IMG/VR virus record: IMGVR_UViG_3300042566_000478
Location: 1-64,000 of that record
Length of the DNA stretch: 64,000 bases
Source: a virus
Direction: 5' to 3' (one strand)
The position numbers were made by a program, and so were the translations under genes. The notes under the pieces were generated by a model. That model ran no database searches. It was not told the origin of the DNA and saw only the letters and a list, made by a program, of their open reading frames with translations. Of the stretch, positions 54,920 through 63,963 are shown in pieces. Each line of letters begins with the position of its first letter. Position 1 is the first letter of the stretch.

Positions 54920-55087
54920 CTATTGGTCGCCAGAACCAGAGCCAGGAACTGTGTCTTGTAAATCTTGACCAATAGCAGGTTGTTGTTCACGAAAACGTGG
55001 AATATGAACTCTACGAATTCTTGTAATGTCTGCTACTGAACCAGTTGGTTTAGTTAACCGTACTGCGTAGGGTGTTGTTTCAGCCAT
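54920..55087 (-). CDS. small hypothetical protein (55 aa)
   Basis: read manually: MAETTPYAVRLTKPTGSVADITRIRR...; TAATG coupling. Confidence 0.55.
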   Translation of the reverse strand: MAETTPYAVRLTKPTGSVADITRIRRVHIPRFREQQPAIGQDLQDTVPGSGSGDQ

Positions 55088-55731
55088 TAAATACCAGCAA
55101 ATAAAAATGGGTGAAGTGCTTCTTCACGTGCTCCTTCATACTTAGCAAGGTTTTGCCAAGCGCTATCTACGTATACGTATAACGATGATTGGTCAGTAGC
55201 AGGCACTGTCCCTGTACGAATGTATAAGTCACCTTGGTCTGCTGCTTCAGATGGGATAGCAGTACCAGTTCTGTGCGCCATGTTTAAGAACATGCGCTTA
55301 TCAACAACACTTAATGCGCTAAATGCCACTCCAGATTTTCTATAAAGTGCATAAAGTGGAAGTTGGCTAGATAAAGGTGTTGGGAAAATAGGGTTGGTTG
55401 CGCTAGGCGTTCCTTTAACTACACCGTACTGATACGTTGACGCATCAACACGAGTTACAACAAGAAGGTCAAAACGTGCATCTGTTTCAGGTGCATCAAA
55501 AAGAACAGTGCTTGCAGATACATAACCATAGTGGTTATTTACATAAACATAGGATGCTGTCAGCGCAGCAGAACCGTCACCTGCTGAGTAAACAGTAATG
55601 TCTGCTCCCGAAAGAACACCATAGTTGTGATTACCTAGGATTTGAAAATCAAGCGAATCTGGTTCTGCTTGGTCAAGGCTCTGGATTGTTACTCCGTACT
55701 CGCTTGCATTAGGTACTGTAAATCCAGCCAT
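55087..55731 (-). CDS. virion structural protein
   Basis: GVLSG, RFDLLVV, GTP..NP.FP, GDLYIR. Confidence 0.7.
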   Translation of the reverse strand: MAGFTVPNASEYGVTIQSLDQAEPDSLDFQILGNHNYGVLSGADITVYSAGDGSAALTASYVYVNNHYGYVSASTVLFDAPETDARFDLLVVTRVDASTYQYGVVKGTPSATNPIFPTPLSSQLPLYALYRKSGVAFSALSVVDKRMFLNMAHRTGTAIPSEAADQGDLYIRTGTVPATDQSSLYVYVDSAWQNLAKYEGAREEALHPFLFAGI

Positions 55732-55738
55732 TTAAACC

Positions 55739-56008
55739 TCAGAGGGTGTCGTAGATGTTGCCGTTCTTCTTCAAATATTCAAACAAACCACGTGGAAGTT
55801 TGTAACGCTTACCGTCATTAAACAACCATGTGTCTTGACCCCAAAACATTGTCCATGAACCTTTTACACGAGCACTAACAGTGTCGCTCTTTACTTCAGA
55901 TTCAAGTTCTTCTGCTTGAGGAATTTCTGATACAAAAAGAATCTCATCTTCTTGCTCTACAAATTCTTTGATAACTGATTTCTTTTTTACTGCCACATTA
56001 TTCTCCAA
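55739..56008 (-). CDS. hypothetical protein downstream of capsid
   Basis: ORF track. Confidence 0.7.
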   Translation of the reverse strand: MENNVAVKKKSVIKEFVEQEDEILFVSEIPQAEELESEVKSDTVSARVKGSWTMFWGQDTWLFNDGKRYKLPRGLFEYLKKNGNIYDTL

Positions 56009-56013
56009 TTGTG

Positions 56014-56052
56014 AAAGGGTTGGGGGAGTCGGGTTTTACCCCGACCCCCCAA
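56014..56052 (-). terminator. hairpin after major capsid gene
   Basis: minus TTGGGGGGTCGGG-gtaaaa-CCCGACTCCCCCAA-CCCTTT. Confidence 0.65.
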
Positions 56053-56067
56053 TACTAGTTGACTTAA

Positions 56068-57147
56068 TTACGAGGAAGCGATTGCTCCACCCTTGGTGTT
56101 CAGCAACACACGTGATTCGTGTGTAATCATGCCGAAGCCCCAAATGGCGTACCAAGCGAGTCCATGCTCACGACCAAAGTCAATTACGCCACCGTCACGG
56201 AGTTCAACTGGCAATGCGATTGCATGTCCAAATGCGTTGTCTCCAATCATGATTGCGTTGTACGACTCTGCGTTCATTGCTTGCGTACCCGATGCTGACG
56301 AGTCAATGTCTGCTGGACCTACGTTCTTCTTAACCTGAGTGGTTTCAATGAACACAACGTCATACAGACGACCAATTTCACCAAGCATGAAGTTGCCAGG
56401 TGCAGCGTACTTGGATACTTCAATGAATTCAGGCCAGTCACGGAGCGCACGGCTCTGTGATGGGTGAACGAAGCAAACGTAAGTGTCGCCAAGGCGTGGG
56501 ATGTTCTGACCAGCGAGGATTTCAACAGCATCCTTGATGGTTGCAGGTGAGAGGTAACCTGGGTTACTTGCGTCACCCAAAGTGCCTGCATCGTAAGGAG
56601 CAATTGAACCACGGGTTGCACCGAGGGTCTTGCGACCAAACACTAGGTTTGGAGGAACTGCTGCGCCGCCACCAAATGGAATTGCGGTCTGGTAGAGGGT
56701 GTTGCGAGCCTGAATGTCCATGCTTTGTGCCATGTGACGACCAAGCAAACGGCTTGACGATGCCATAACGTCATCAAACGATGCGTTAAGGAGCAATTCG
56801 GTAACTGCAAGAGCCTGACCTTGTTCACCTACGGTGATTTGAATCTGTGATGCTGACAGAGCAACTGGCTCCATACGCACACCTTCATCAAGGGTTGCTC
56901 CTTCTGTTTCGTCTACAGCAAGGTTGCTGTAGCGCATGAAGTTGATGGTCAAACCAGGTTGTACACCAAGTTCGGTCTTCTTCACTGCAAACTGTTCAAA
57001 GCGAAGAACAGGCATTGCCTGGAACAAGATTTCCTTGGACCAGATAGTTTGAATTGCTGGGGATAAAGCGGTGTCGCTACTGTAACCAGTTGAACTAATG
57101 TTCGCTGTTGCAGTAATCGCACCACCTGTTGGTGCTGGAAATGCCAT
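56068..57147 (-). CDS. major capsid protein (N4-gp56-like family)
   Basis: QAMPVLRFEQFA, ELGVQPG.TINF.RY, VHPSQ, GEIGRLYDVVFIET, DFGREH. Confidence 0.9.
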   Translation of the reverse strand: MAFPAPTGGAITATANISSTGYSSDTALSPAIQTIWSKEILFQAMPVLRFEQFAVKKTELGVQPGLTINFMRYSNLAVDETEGATLDEGVRMEPVALSASQIQITVGEQGQALAVTELLLNASFDDVMASSSRLLGRHMAQSMDIQARNTLYQTAIPFGGGAAVPPNLVFGRKTLGATRGSIAPYDAGTLGDASNPGYLSPATIKDAVEILAGQNIPRLGDTYVCFVHPSQSRALRDWPEFIEVSKYAAPGNFMLGEIGRLYDVVFIETTQVKKNVGPADIDSSASGTQAMNAESYNAIMIGDNAFGHAIALPVELRDGGVIDFGREHGLAWYAIWGFGMITHESRVLLNTKGGAIASS

Positions 57148-57179
57148 GATGTCTCCTTAAGTGACTATGGATAGATTAT

Positions 57180-57959
57180 TTAAAAACGACCTTTAGGTCG
57201 TGAACTTAAAAGCCTGTCTCGCATTTTAACATACTGGTCCATTGTCATATTACGGATATCATCCGCATTCAATGTTTGGTATTCCGTTTGAGTTTCCATT
57301 GGCCCAACGGATGGTGACGTTACCGCCACACCCTTAACACGACTTGGTTGAGTCGCTTGTTGGATACTCTCAATAATAGCAGCACTCCGTTGACGAAGGA
57401 TTTCCACTGATGCTTCAACCTCTTCTGGGGTGTTGCCTGCGACCAAATCAATCAGTTCAGGAATGATTTCGTCTTGAGACTCGTGTACACGGCGCTGGCG
57501 GTAGGTTTCAACCTCACGCAACTGGCGCTCTTTATCTAGCAATGCTTGTTGTGCAGAACGCTCTGCTTCAATTTGGGCAAAGCGGTTTTGCCATTCAGCG
57601 TCAACATTTTTAATCTTGACGTTAAATTCATCTTCAGTTCGCTTGAGAAGTTCTTTTGCGCTCAACTCATCAAACTCACGCTGACGGCGAATTTCTTCTT
57701 CCTTACGGGCAATTTCTTGCGCCTCACGGATAGCCTTCTCACGGTCTTGAGCAAGAGATGTAACTTGCTCTTCCATGCTCTTGTATCGGCTTTCAGCCTC
57801 TTCAATGCGCTTGTAGAGTTTGTCTTTCTCTTGCTTACGGATGTTTTCTACTTCGTCTTCTGTGAAGACTTTGCCCTTTGGGGCAACTGTGTTTGCCTCC
57901 GCATGAAAGGCTTCTGTAGCCTCCACAGGGATGACAATTTCGTCATTACCTTTTGCCAT
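57180..57959 (-). CDS. capsid scaffolding protein
   Basis: charged coiled coil between portal and capsid; DIRNMTMDQY..R C-terminus. Confidence 0.8.
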   Translation of the reverse strand: MAKGNDEIVIPVEATEAFHAEANTVAPKGKVFTEDEVENIRKQEKDKLYKRIEEAESRYKSMEEQVTSLAQDREKAIREAQEIARKEEEIRRQREFDELSAKELLKRTEDEFNVKIKNVDAEWQNRFAQIEAERSAQQALLDKERQLREVETYRQRRVHESQDEIIPELIDLVAGNTPEEVEASVEILRQRSAAIIESIQQATQPSRVKGVAVTSPSVGPMETQTEYQTLNADDIRNMTMDQYVKMRDRLLSSRPKGRF

Positions 57960-58012
57960 GATTTTCTCCTAAGTGTTGTTTAGCAAATATTGACTTGTGT
58001 TATTAATACGTT

Positions 58013-59704
58013 TTATTTGTCTTCGTCAGGTATACGGCGCTGGGCGAACCTTGCTCCGTATGCCTTACTAGTCATTTGGTTCATCAATTCCATTTCTACT
58101 GGTGGGATACCAGCACCTGGAAGCACTCCGCCCCCTTGAGGGCTTCCTGCACTAGTTACATTACCATCTCCTGAAGGAGCAGGTTCAAGACCCCCTCCAT
58201 TAGGAAGTAGCCCTGTAGCCATCATTACTGCTTGACCAATTTGAGCACGAATCATATCCAATGCTCCTTGGTCAACAGCGTCATCTCGTAGTTCCTCAAA
58301 GACTTCAATCATCTTCTCATTCGGGAACTCTTCACCTAGGGCTCGTAGTGCGCCCTTCTTAGATTCAATACCCAAAGCCATCTTTGCCTGCACTTCGTTG
58401 AGTTTGATAAGAGCATCAACAGGAAGTGGGTCGGGCCAGTGAATGGTTGTCTTGTATGTATTTGGGTCATTAGGGTCTAACTGTGTGAGCATGTCTGGCT
58501 CAGGCATTGCAGACTGTGACGGGTTATAAATCAACAGTTCAGGAACAAACACAGCACAAGTTTTGATAATGATTTCGTTCAGACGTTCAAGACCCTGTGT
58601 AAAGTGAATCTTCTTCATCTGGTAACGGTTCATCAAAGGCTGGTACTGAATAGCCAAAGCAACACCTGAAGTATTAGATACTGGCTGGAATTGACCAAGA
58701 GCAGTTTCAGGTACGCCAGTGATTTCATGCATTGCTCGTTTAATCATTTGCACGTATTCAATAGCACCAGACATTTCGCCACGTGACTCAAGGTTAAACA
58801 CTTGTGCTTCTTTAGGAAGACCAGCCCAAACCTTCTTAGGACCACGCTCTAGTTGTGAAGCCTTAGCACCAGTGATGATAGTTACTGGGGCAGCGTGGTA
58901 GTTGATGATGTCTGAGATTTCAGTCATCTTCTCGTTGAGTTCACGGTTCAATTGGATAATGTCCCAAATGTCTGACTGACCCCAAGGTGATGAAGTTATT
59001 GTAATGTTCGGAATGTGAACAATTGGAACAACACCAATTGGGTTTTCATACTCATCAATCAACTCATCATTGATAAATTGCTGTACGGTATTGTCCGTAA
59101 GAATTTCAGTAAATGTGTAAACCTGACGAGTTCCTTCTGGCGATGTTCCCCAGAAACGATACTTAAGTTTAAATCTGATTAAGCGCTCACGGTCATGTGG
59201 GTGATACTCAGGGAAACAATGCGCTGGGTTTAGTGGAAGAATGCGGACACGACCTGGGTGCTGTAGCCCAACACCATCAACGTAAGGTTCATCATATGCA
59301 ACTTTTACAAAGCAGTCTCCAGTGATACTTGCAAGTTGCCCCATTTGCCACAACAAATAATGTTTGTTGTTGTGGTTGTCCCACACTTCGTGAAGCAGTT
59401 GTGGAATGATTGCTTCGTTTTGCTCAGGTACTTTAAATTGAATACCTTTACCAAAGCAGAAGTTTGTAATGAAATCCGACATGGTTTTCACATAATTCAT
59501 GGTGACGTTGTTGTCACCCATCTCACGGCGGTGTGACCAGTGATGACCTAGATACCAAGCCCAAGCAGCAGAATACCTGTTGAGTCTTGGTCCATGAACT
59601 TCAAACTCTTCGTCAGCAAGTTCAACCAATCCAAGTGGACTAATCGCTACGGTTAAGTCACTAGATGCCGCCCTATAAGACGGTGACCAAAAATCAACAG
59701 GCAT
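58013..59704 (-). CDS. portal protein (SPP1 gp6-like)
   Basis: GDCFVKV, NPIGVVPIVHIPN, WGQSDI, SGVALAIQY, WPDPLP. Confidence 0.9.
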   Translation of the reverse strand: MPVDFWSPSYRAASSDLTVAISPLGLVELADEEFEVHGPRLNRYSAAWAWYLGHHWSHRREMGDNNVTMNYVKTMSDFITNFCFGKGIQFKVPEQNEAIIPQLLHEVWDNHNNKHYLLWQMGQLASITGDCFVKVAYDEPYVDGVGLQHPGRVRILPLNPAHCFPEYHPHDRERLIRFKLKYRFWGTSPEGTRQVYTFTEILTDNTVQQFINDELIDEYENPIGVVPIVHIPNITITSSPWGQSDIWDIIQLNRELNEKMTEISDIINYHAAPVTIITGAKASQLERGPKKVWAGLPKEAQVFNLESRGEMSGAIEYVQMIKRAMHEITGVPETALGQFQPVSNTSGVALAIQYQPLMNRYQMKKIHFTQGLERLNEIIIKTCAVFVPELLIYNPSQSAMPEPDMLTQLDPNDPNTYKTTIHWPDPLPVDALIKLNEVQAKMALGIESKKGALRALGEEFPNEKMIEVFEELRDDAVDQGALDMIRAQIGQAVMMATGLLPNGGGLEPAPSGDGNVTSAGSPQGGGVLPGAGIPPVEMELMNQMTSKAYGARFAQRRIPDEDK

Positions 59705-59741
59705 TCGTTACACCTTTTCTGAAAAGAAGAATACTAAGATA

Positions 59742-60011
59742 TTACTTCTTTTTTGCAGGGGCGGCTTTTTTGGCTGGTGCTTTCTTAGCAACAGGTGCTG
59801 CTTCCATAGCCTTGGTTGCTACGCTCAAAAGAAGAGCAGTGTTTTTTGGACCAATTTTGGTTGATACAACCGAGACAAGTGCTGCTACCGCAGGCAATGC
59901 GATTGCAATTACTTCTGGGGTCAAGTCCAACTTGGCTCCTGCATAGGTAAGTGCGCCCAAAACTGCGCCCTTAATTGCTGCGTCTGTTGTTTCTACTTTT
60001 GCTTGATTCAT
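59742..60011 (-). CDS. small membrane protein with PAKK-repeat tail
   Basis: two hydrophobic helices then KKAPAKKAAPAKKK. Confidence 0.7.
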   Translation of the reverse strand: MNQAKVETTDAAIKGAVLGALTYAGAKLDLTPEVIAIALPAVAALVSVVSTKIGPKNTALLLSVATKAMEAAPVAKKAPAKKAAPAKKK

Positions 60012-60038
60012 ATTAACTCCTTAATAGGGGATACCCGA

Positions 60039-60671
60039 TTATACAGGCTTACGGGTTTTGCTTTGTTCGTACTCCTGAATGTACGTGTGATACGGAGGTC
60101 CCGTATGAGGGTCAAACTTAGCACTAACGGCGAGAGCCTTCAGCGCATGGTTTTTAGCCTGTTGCACAGTTTGTTTCTTGTTGTGCGTAAGTACATGCAT
60201 AGCACCTAGGGCGTACTCGCCACCAGACCCAATCACGTACAGACCACTGGCTTCAGAAGCCCAAGCGTAATCTCCATCAACTATATAGATAGTGCCGTTA
60301 ATGGCTACAAGAATTAATGACCCTTGCTCTGCAATGTGTTGCTTGTTTTCGTTAAGGTCGGGGATTGAGTATCCTTGTGCATCAAAGCATTCACGGAGTG
60401 CTGGTATAAACTTCGCCGTAAAGAACTGGTCAAGTTTCTTCCCTTTAAGGTTTGGCGGTGGGGTCGGCGGTTGGAATACATGATGGAGAATGTTGATGGC
60501 CCGTACATCTCCAGCAGCACCAAGTAAATATTTTCCATTAGTTGATACCTTGCTACTTCCTTCACGAAGAGTTCCTATTTGCGTGGCAATGCCCCCATCA
60601 ATAGACGAGATGCGAGAGTCCACGCAGACGACTGCGAACCCATCACCTTGGACAGCGACAATAGTAGTCAT
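60039..60671 (-). CDS. HslV / proteasome beta-type Ntn protease
   Basis: N-terminal MTTIVAV, DSR, K, GAAG, IGSGGEYALGA, D..TG. Confidence 0.85.
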   Translation of the reverse strand: MTTIVAVQGDGFAVVCVDSRISSIDGGIATQIGTLREGSSKVSTNGKYLLGAAGDVRAINILHHVFQPPTPPPNLKGKKLDQFFTAKFIPALRECFDAQGYSIPDLNENKQHIAEQGSLILVAINGTIYIVDGDYAWASEASGLYVIGSGGEYALGAMHVLTHNKKQTVQQAKNHALKALAVSAKFDPHTGPPYHTYIQEYEQSKTRKPV

Positions 60672-60673
60672 GG

Positions 60674-61831
60674 CTATTCAGCGATGAATTCCTTCCCATG
60701 ATACAACGCCCAACCGTTGTAGATGGGAATAACATCGTATGCGAACCTGTGATTTCCGTCATCCTCGTAAGTGACAACACCGATACCTTGTTGCCAATTC
60801 TCGTGACGAGTTAGAGGGCGACCATCAAGGTCTACACCACCACGTGTAGAAGGAATAGCACCGTCAATTCTAGCAAGGCAACCAGGAGAAGCAGCCATAA
60901 TGGTTCTCGGACCATCAAAGTCTTCACGTGTTTTAAACGCTGTTTCAATGCGATGAATATGCCCATAGATAACACTCGTCTTCTCTTGGTTAAGGTATAC
61001 GTGTGCAGTAGAACCTGATGATTTCACACGGTCACCGTGGATGATGCGAAGTTTTTCATTGACCCAATAGTCAGATGCTGGATAACCTGGTCGGTACTCA
61101 ATACCAAACTCATCCATACGGCAAAGGTATGGGACTGAAAGAACAGGCCACGAGTCTGGTGTGTTACCTTTGCGAAGACCGTAAGCAGCACCTGCGTTTT
61201 GTACGAGGTACTTAGGCATACGTTCTTCGTGATTTCCTGCAAGCCAAATGATTTTTGCATTTGGAGCAGCAGCACGAAGTTGAGCGCAGAACAAAGTTGC
61301 ACGGTCAATTGATGCTTGTGTAGTTTGTGCATACGCAGGATATGTCACATACTTGCCCATCTCAGGAAGGTCAAGGTTGTCACCAACAAGTGCAATAACT
61401 TCAGGTTGTAAATCTTCTATAACCTTAATGCAGATGTCAAGAGCCTTTTCGTCATGTGTTGCTTCCAAGTTTCCTTCACGGTTGCGGTAATAACCAATCT
61501 GAATATCTGGAGGAACTACACAGGTCTTAAACCCTGTTGCTTTTTTCTTAGTTACTTTTGGTGTTGGTAACTTGATAGCAGGACCTTGTTGTACAACAGG
61601 CCATTCAGGACCAGACTCCCATTTAGGTGAGAACTTAAATTGCACACCAGCAAGGTCGTGAATCTCTGCTTCACCTTCTTCGTTTTTGGTAAGTGATTGA
61701 TAGAGAGATACTCGTTGTATTTGACCAATTTCGTCTACATCAATTCCTTGACGAGCAAATAGGTCAGCAAGTTTTCCAAGCACTTCTTTAGGACTCTGTG
61801 GTCCAGCAGTTAGTTCTTCTTTAATGGACAT
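60674..61831 (-). CDS. metallophosphoesterase
   Basis: PDIQ, GDNLD, GNHE, HGD, GHIHR, WQQG. Confidence 0.85.
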   Translation of the reverse strand: MSIKEELTAGPQSPKEVLGKLADLFARQGIDVDEIGQIQRVSLYQSLTKNEEGEAEIHDLAGVQFKFSPKWESGPEWPVVQQGPAIKLPTPKVTKKKATGFKTCVVPPDIQIGYYRNREGNLEATHDEKALDICIKVIEDLQPEVIALVGDNLDLPEMGKYVTYPAYAQTTQASIDRATLFCAQLRAAAPNAKIIWLAGNHEERMPKYLVQNAGAAYGLRKGNTPDSWPVLSVPYLCRMDEFGIEYRPGYPASDYWVNEKLRIIHGDRVKSSGSTAHVYLNQEKTSVIYGHIHRIETAFKTREDFDGPRTIMAASPGCLARIDGAIPSTRGGVDLDGRPLTRHENWQQGIGVVTYEDDGNHRFAYDVIPIYNGWALYHGKEFIAE

Positions 61832-62102
61832 CGCAACTACACATCTTTCTACTATGTTTTTCTACCATTCGGATTGTTACATCATGCCCATGTTTTTTAA
61901 GCAAATCAGAAAGCCACTTATACGTGTAGCCACTAGTTTGGATTGAGCGAGGTGAAGCGTTCTTTTCTCGTATTTTAACGAAAGCATCATCTAATGCTGC
62001 CTGTTCTTCAACAGACATTTCATTACGGACTTTGCCAATACCGCAAAGTTTTAGAGGAGCAGAACCTGCTTTAAGTTCGTCTAATAAACTATTTTTTGAC
62101 AT
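61821..62102 (-). CDS. hypothetical protein (C...H..CSC Zn-binding HTH-like)
   Basis: motif typical of genes upstream of phage phosphoesterases. Confidence 0.7.
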   Translation of the reverse strand: MSKNSLLDELKAGSAPLKLCGIGKVRNEMSVEEQAALDDAFVKIREKNASPRSIQTSGYTYKWLSDLLKKHGHDVTIRMVEKHSRKMCSCDVH

Positions 62103-62232
62103 TTTTCTTCTCCAACTTGTGTCGTTCTTTTTGAAGCACCTCTATTACTCTGAACAATTCTTCAGTATCAGAAGGCCCAACAAAGACCTTACTGAGATAA
62201 TAGAGGATACGGTCAATGTCATGTACCTTCAT
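62089..62232 (-). CDS. small hypothetical protein (47 aa)
   Basis: read manually: MKVHDIDRILYYLSKVFVGPSD...; behind promoter 62261-62289. Confidence 0.55.
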   Translation of the reverse strand: MKVHDIDRILYYLSKVFVGPSDTEELFRVIEVLQKERHKLEKKNVKK

Positions 62233-62260
62233 GCTACCACCCTTTTGGTTTAGGTTGTGT

Positions 62261-62289
62261 AGCGTATCCTACCTAAGTAGGTGTGTCAA
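62261..62289 (-). promoter_or_regulatory. consensus sigma70-type promoter
   Basis: TTGACA-17 nt-TACGCT with CCTAC/GTAGG palindrome in spacer. Confidence 0.7.
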
Positions 62290-62829
62290 CTACCCCTGAA
62301 AGGAAGCGACAGCCTCTGGAATATTGTCACCACATACGTAGCGCAAGTGCCAAGGCTCAGAGGGAACAACTTCCCATGAGAAGCCAAACTTTTTCACATT
62401 GGCAATCAACCAATTAAGACGTTTTGGCTCTGCGGCGTTAGCCACATCAACGGCGATGCCGAGGTTATGCTGGGACTTACCAGGTGTCGCCAACATTGCC
62501 ATACCCTTTTTCAGATACCAAGTCTTGCCTTCAAATGTTTTGGTGCTTTGACCTGGGATTGGTTCAAGTTGGTAGCGAGTAAGGAATCCTTTTTTCTGTG
62601 TTTCGTAATCACGATATGTGTCACCTGCTGAAGTCGGCTTGAGTTCAACCCCTTCAGCCTTTGCAGCAGCAACCATTGCAGCCCACGCTTTTGCCGCAAT
62701 GTGGTGCATCTTTCCGCCACCTACGGCAGGGACAAGAAGATTTGCTGGCAACTTTCCAGGCTCAATGCCCTTAAGGTCCTTTGGTAATACTACGGGAACA
62801 ATATAATCCCAAGCAACTTTCTTACTCAT
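62290..62829 (-). CDS. endolysin, M15B (VanY-like) peptidase
   Basis: YR...Q, ATPGKSQHNLGIAVD, EPWHLRY. Confidence 0.85.
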   Translation of the reverse strand: MSKKVAWDYIVPVVLPKDLKGIEPGKLPANLLVPAVGGGKMHHIAAKAWAAMVAAAKAEGVELKPTSAGDTYRDYETQKKGFLTRYQLEPIPGQSTKTFEGKTWYLKKGMAMLATPGKSQHNLGIAVDVANAAEPKRLNWLIANVKKFGFSWEVVPSEPWHLRYVCGDNIPEAVASFQG

Positions 62830-63113
62830 GCAATCTCCTCATCGTCAGGGATACCATTACCATTTTTATCTTCTGCGTTCCTGCCAGTTGAAATCATCAA
62901 ACCAGCAAGTGTTCCAGTAATGAATGTCGCTACTGAAGAAAGAACGCTAAAGAACATTTTATCATTCTCTGCTTGAGCGCCGATAGGCTGTGTAACAAAC
63001 ACAAGCGCCCAAAGCACCCCGACTGTGGTGATGAGTAGGACAAAACCAAGCATGCATCCGATTACAAACTTCAAACGGGCATCTAGTTCTGCTGAGGTTA
63101 ACCGTGGTTTCAT
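62826..63113 (-). CDS. two-TM membrane protein in lysis cassette
   Basis: two hydrophobic helices; DKNGNGIPD tail. Confidence 0.7.
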   Translation of the reverse strand: MKPRLTSAELDARLKFVIGCMLGFVLLITTVGVLWALVFVTQPIGAQAENDKMFFSVLSSVATFITGTLAGLMISTGRNAEDKNGNGIPDDEEIA

Positions 63114-63346
63114 GGTGCTGTTGTCTCCTGTGTTGGGATTAGTTCTTCTAATACTGGGTTTACTAAACCTTCCAAAGTTGGGTCAAAACCTAGTAATGTG
63201 TCTGGGCATGCCCCATCTACTTGGCATGCAGGGCGTTGGCACTCAGGCTTTTCCCAGTTTGCTGGGTCTTGGCATTCATAACGGTATTTACCGTCATAGC
63301 CACAACTTGCTAAAAGTATTGCTGAAATAAAGAATAACTTTTTCAT
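63110..63346 (-). CDS. Cys-rich lipoprotein
   Basis: lipobox LLASC then YRYECQDPANW...C...C..C. Confidence 0.75.
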   Translation of the reverse strand: MKKLFFISAILLASCGYDGKYRYECQDPANWEKPECQRPACQVDGACPDTLLGFDPTLEGLVNPVLEELIPTQETTAP

Positions 63347-63561
63347 TTCTTTTCCTTATCCATATGCCAGTCAATGTGTGTGTTCAAACGACCAGCCACT
63401 GCGTCAATACCGCTACGAACTTTGCGAAGTTCGGACATTACGTTTGCGTGGTCTTGACGATTTTCCGTTCTGAATTCTTTGAAGGACTTCAGAAGAAAAC
63501 CGACTCCAGTTCCTATTACGGGTATAGCAGCCGCAATGATGATTGCCCACGCATCGCTCAT
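63343..63561 (-). CDS. single-TM holin-like protein
   Basis: N-terminal TM, coiled coil, HIDWH tail. Confidence 0.65.
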   Translation of the reverse strand: MSDAWAIIIAAAIPVIGTGVGFLLKSFKEFRTENRQDHANVMSELRKVRSGIDAVAGRLNTHIDWHMDKEKK

Positions 63562-63564
63562 AGG

Positions 63565-63963
63565 TCACTCTTTAATTCCAAATTGTTGACCATTGATTTT
63601 ACGGCGAGCATGTACCATACTTGATGCACCTTGTGGGGTGTTATCAATTACTTCTCTAATTTTTTGTCGTTGCAAAACATCTGGAGATGCATACTTTTTA
63701 GGAATACCACCAGTTTGACCGACTGGGATATCAGGGCGAACTGGGCGAACAAAACCTGATTCCGTTGCAGCGCCTTCCATTGCTTTTAACCCTGCTGTGT
63801 GTTTTACAGTCAACCCACCAGTTTGCCCAGCAAATCCACGAGCAGTGTCGTGCATGCGAGCGTCAGTATTGTCTGCATCGTAAAGATAAAATTCTTCTTC
63901 ATTACCATGTGCGTCTTGCATCACCCAGCGTTCTGGTTTTGGTTCATCTTTACCTAACCACAA
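63565..63963 (-). CDS. hypothetical protein, probably 5'-truncated by window edge
   Basis: frame stays open towards 64000; ends KINGQQFGIKE. Confidence 0.6.
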   Translation of the reverse strand: MWLGKDEPKPERWVMQDAHGNEEEFYLYDADNTDARMHDTARGFAGQTGGLTVKHTAGLKAMEGAATESGFVRPVRPDIPVGQTGGIPKKYASPDVLQRQKIREVIDNTPQGASSMVHARRKINGQQFGIKE

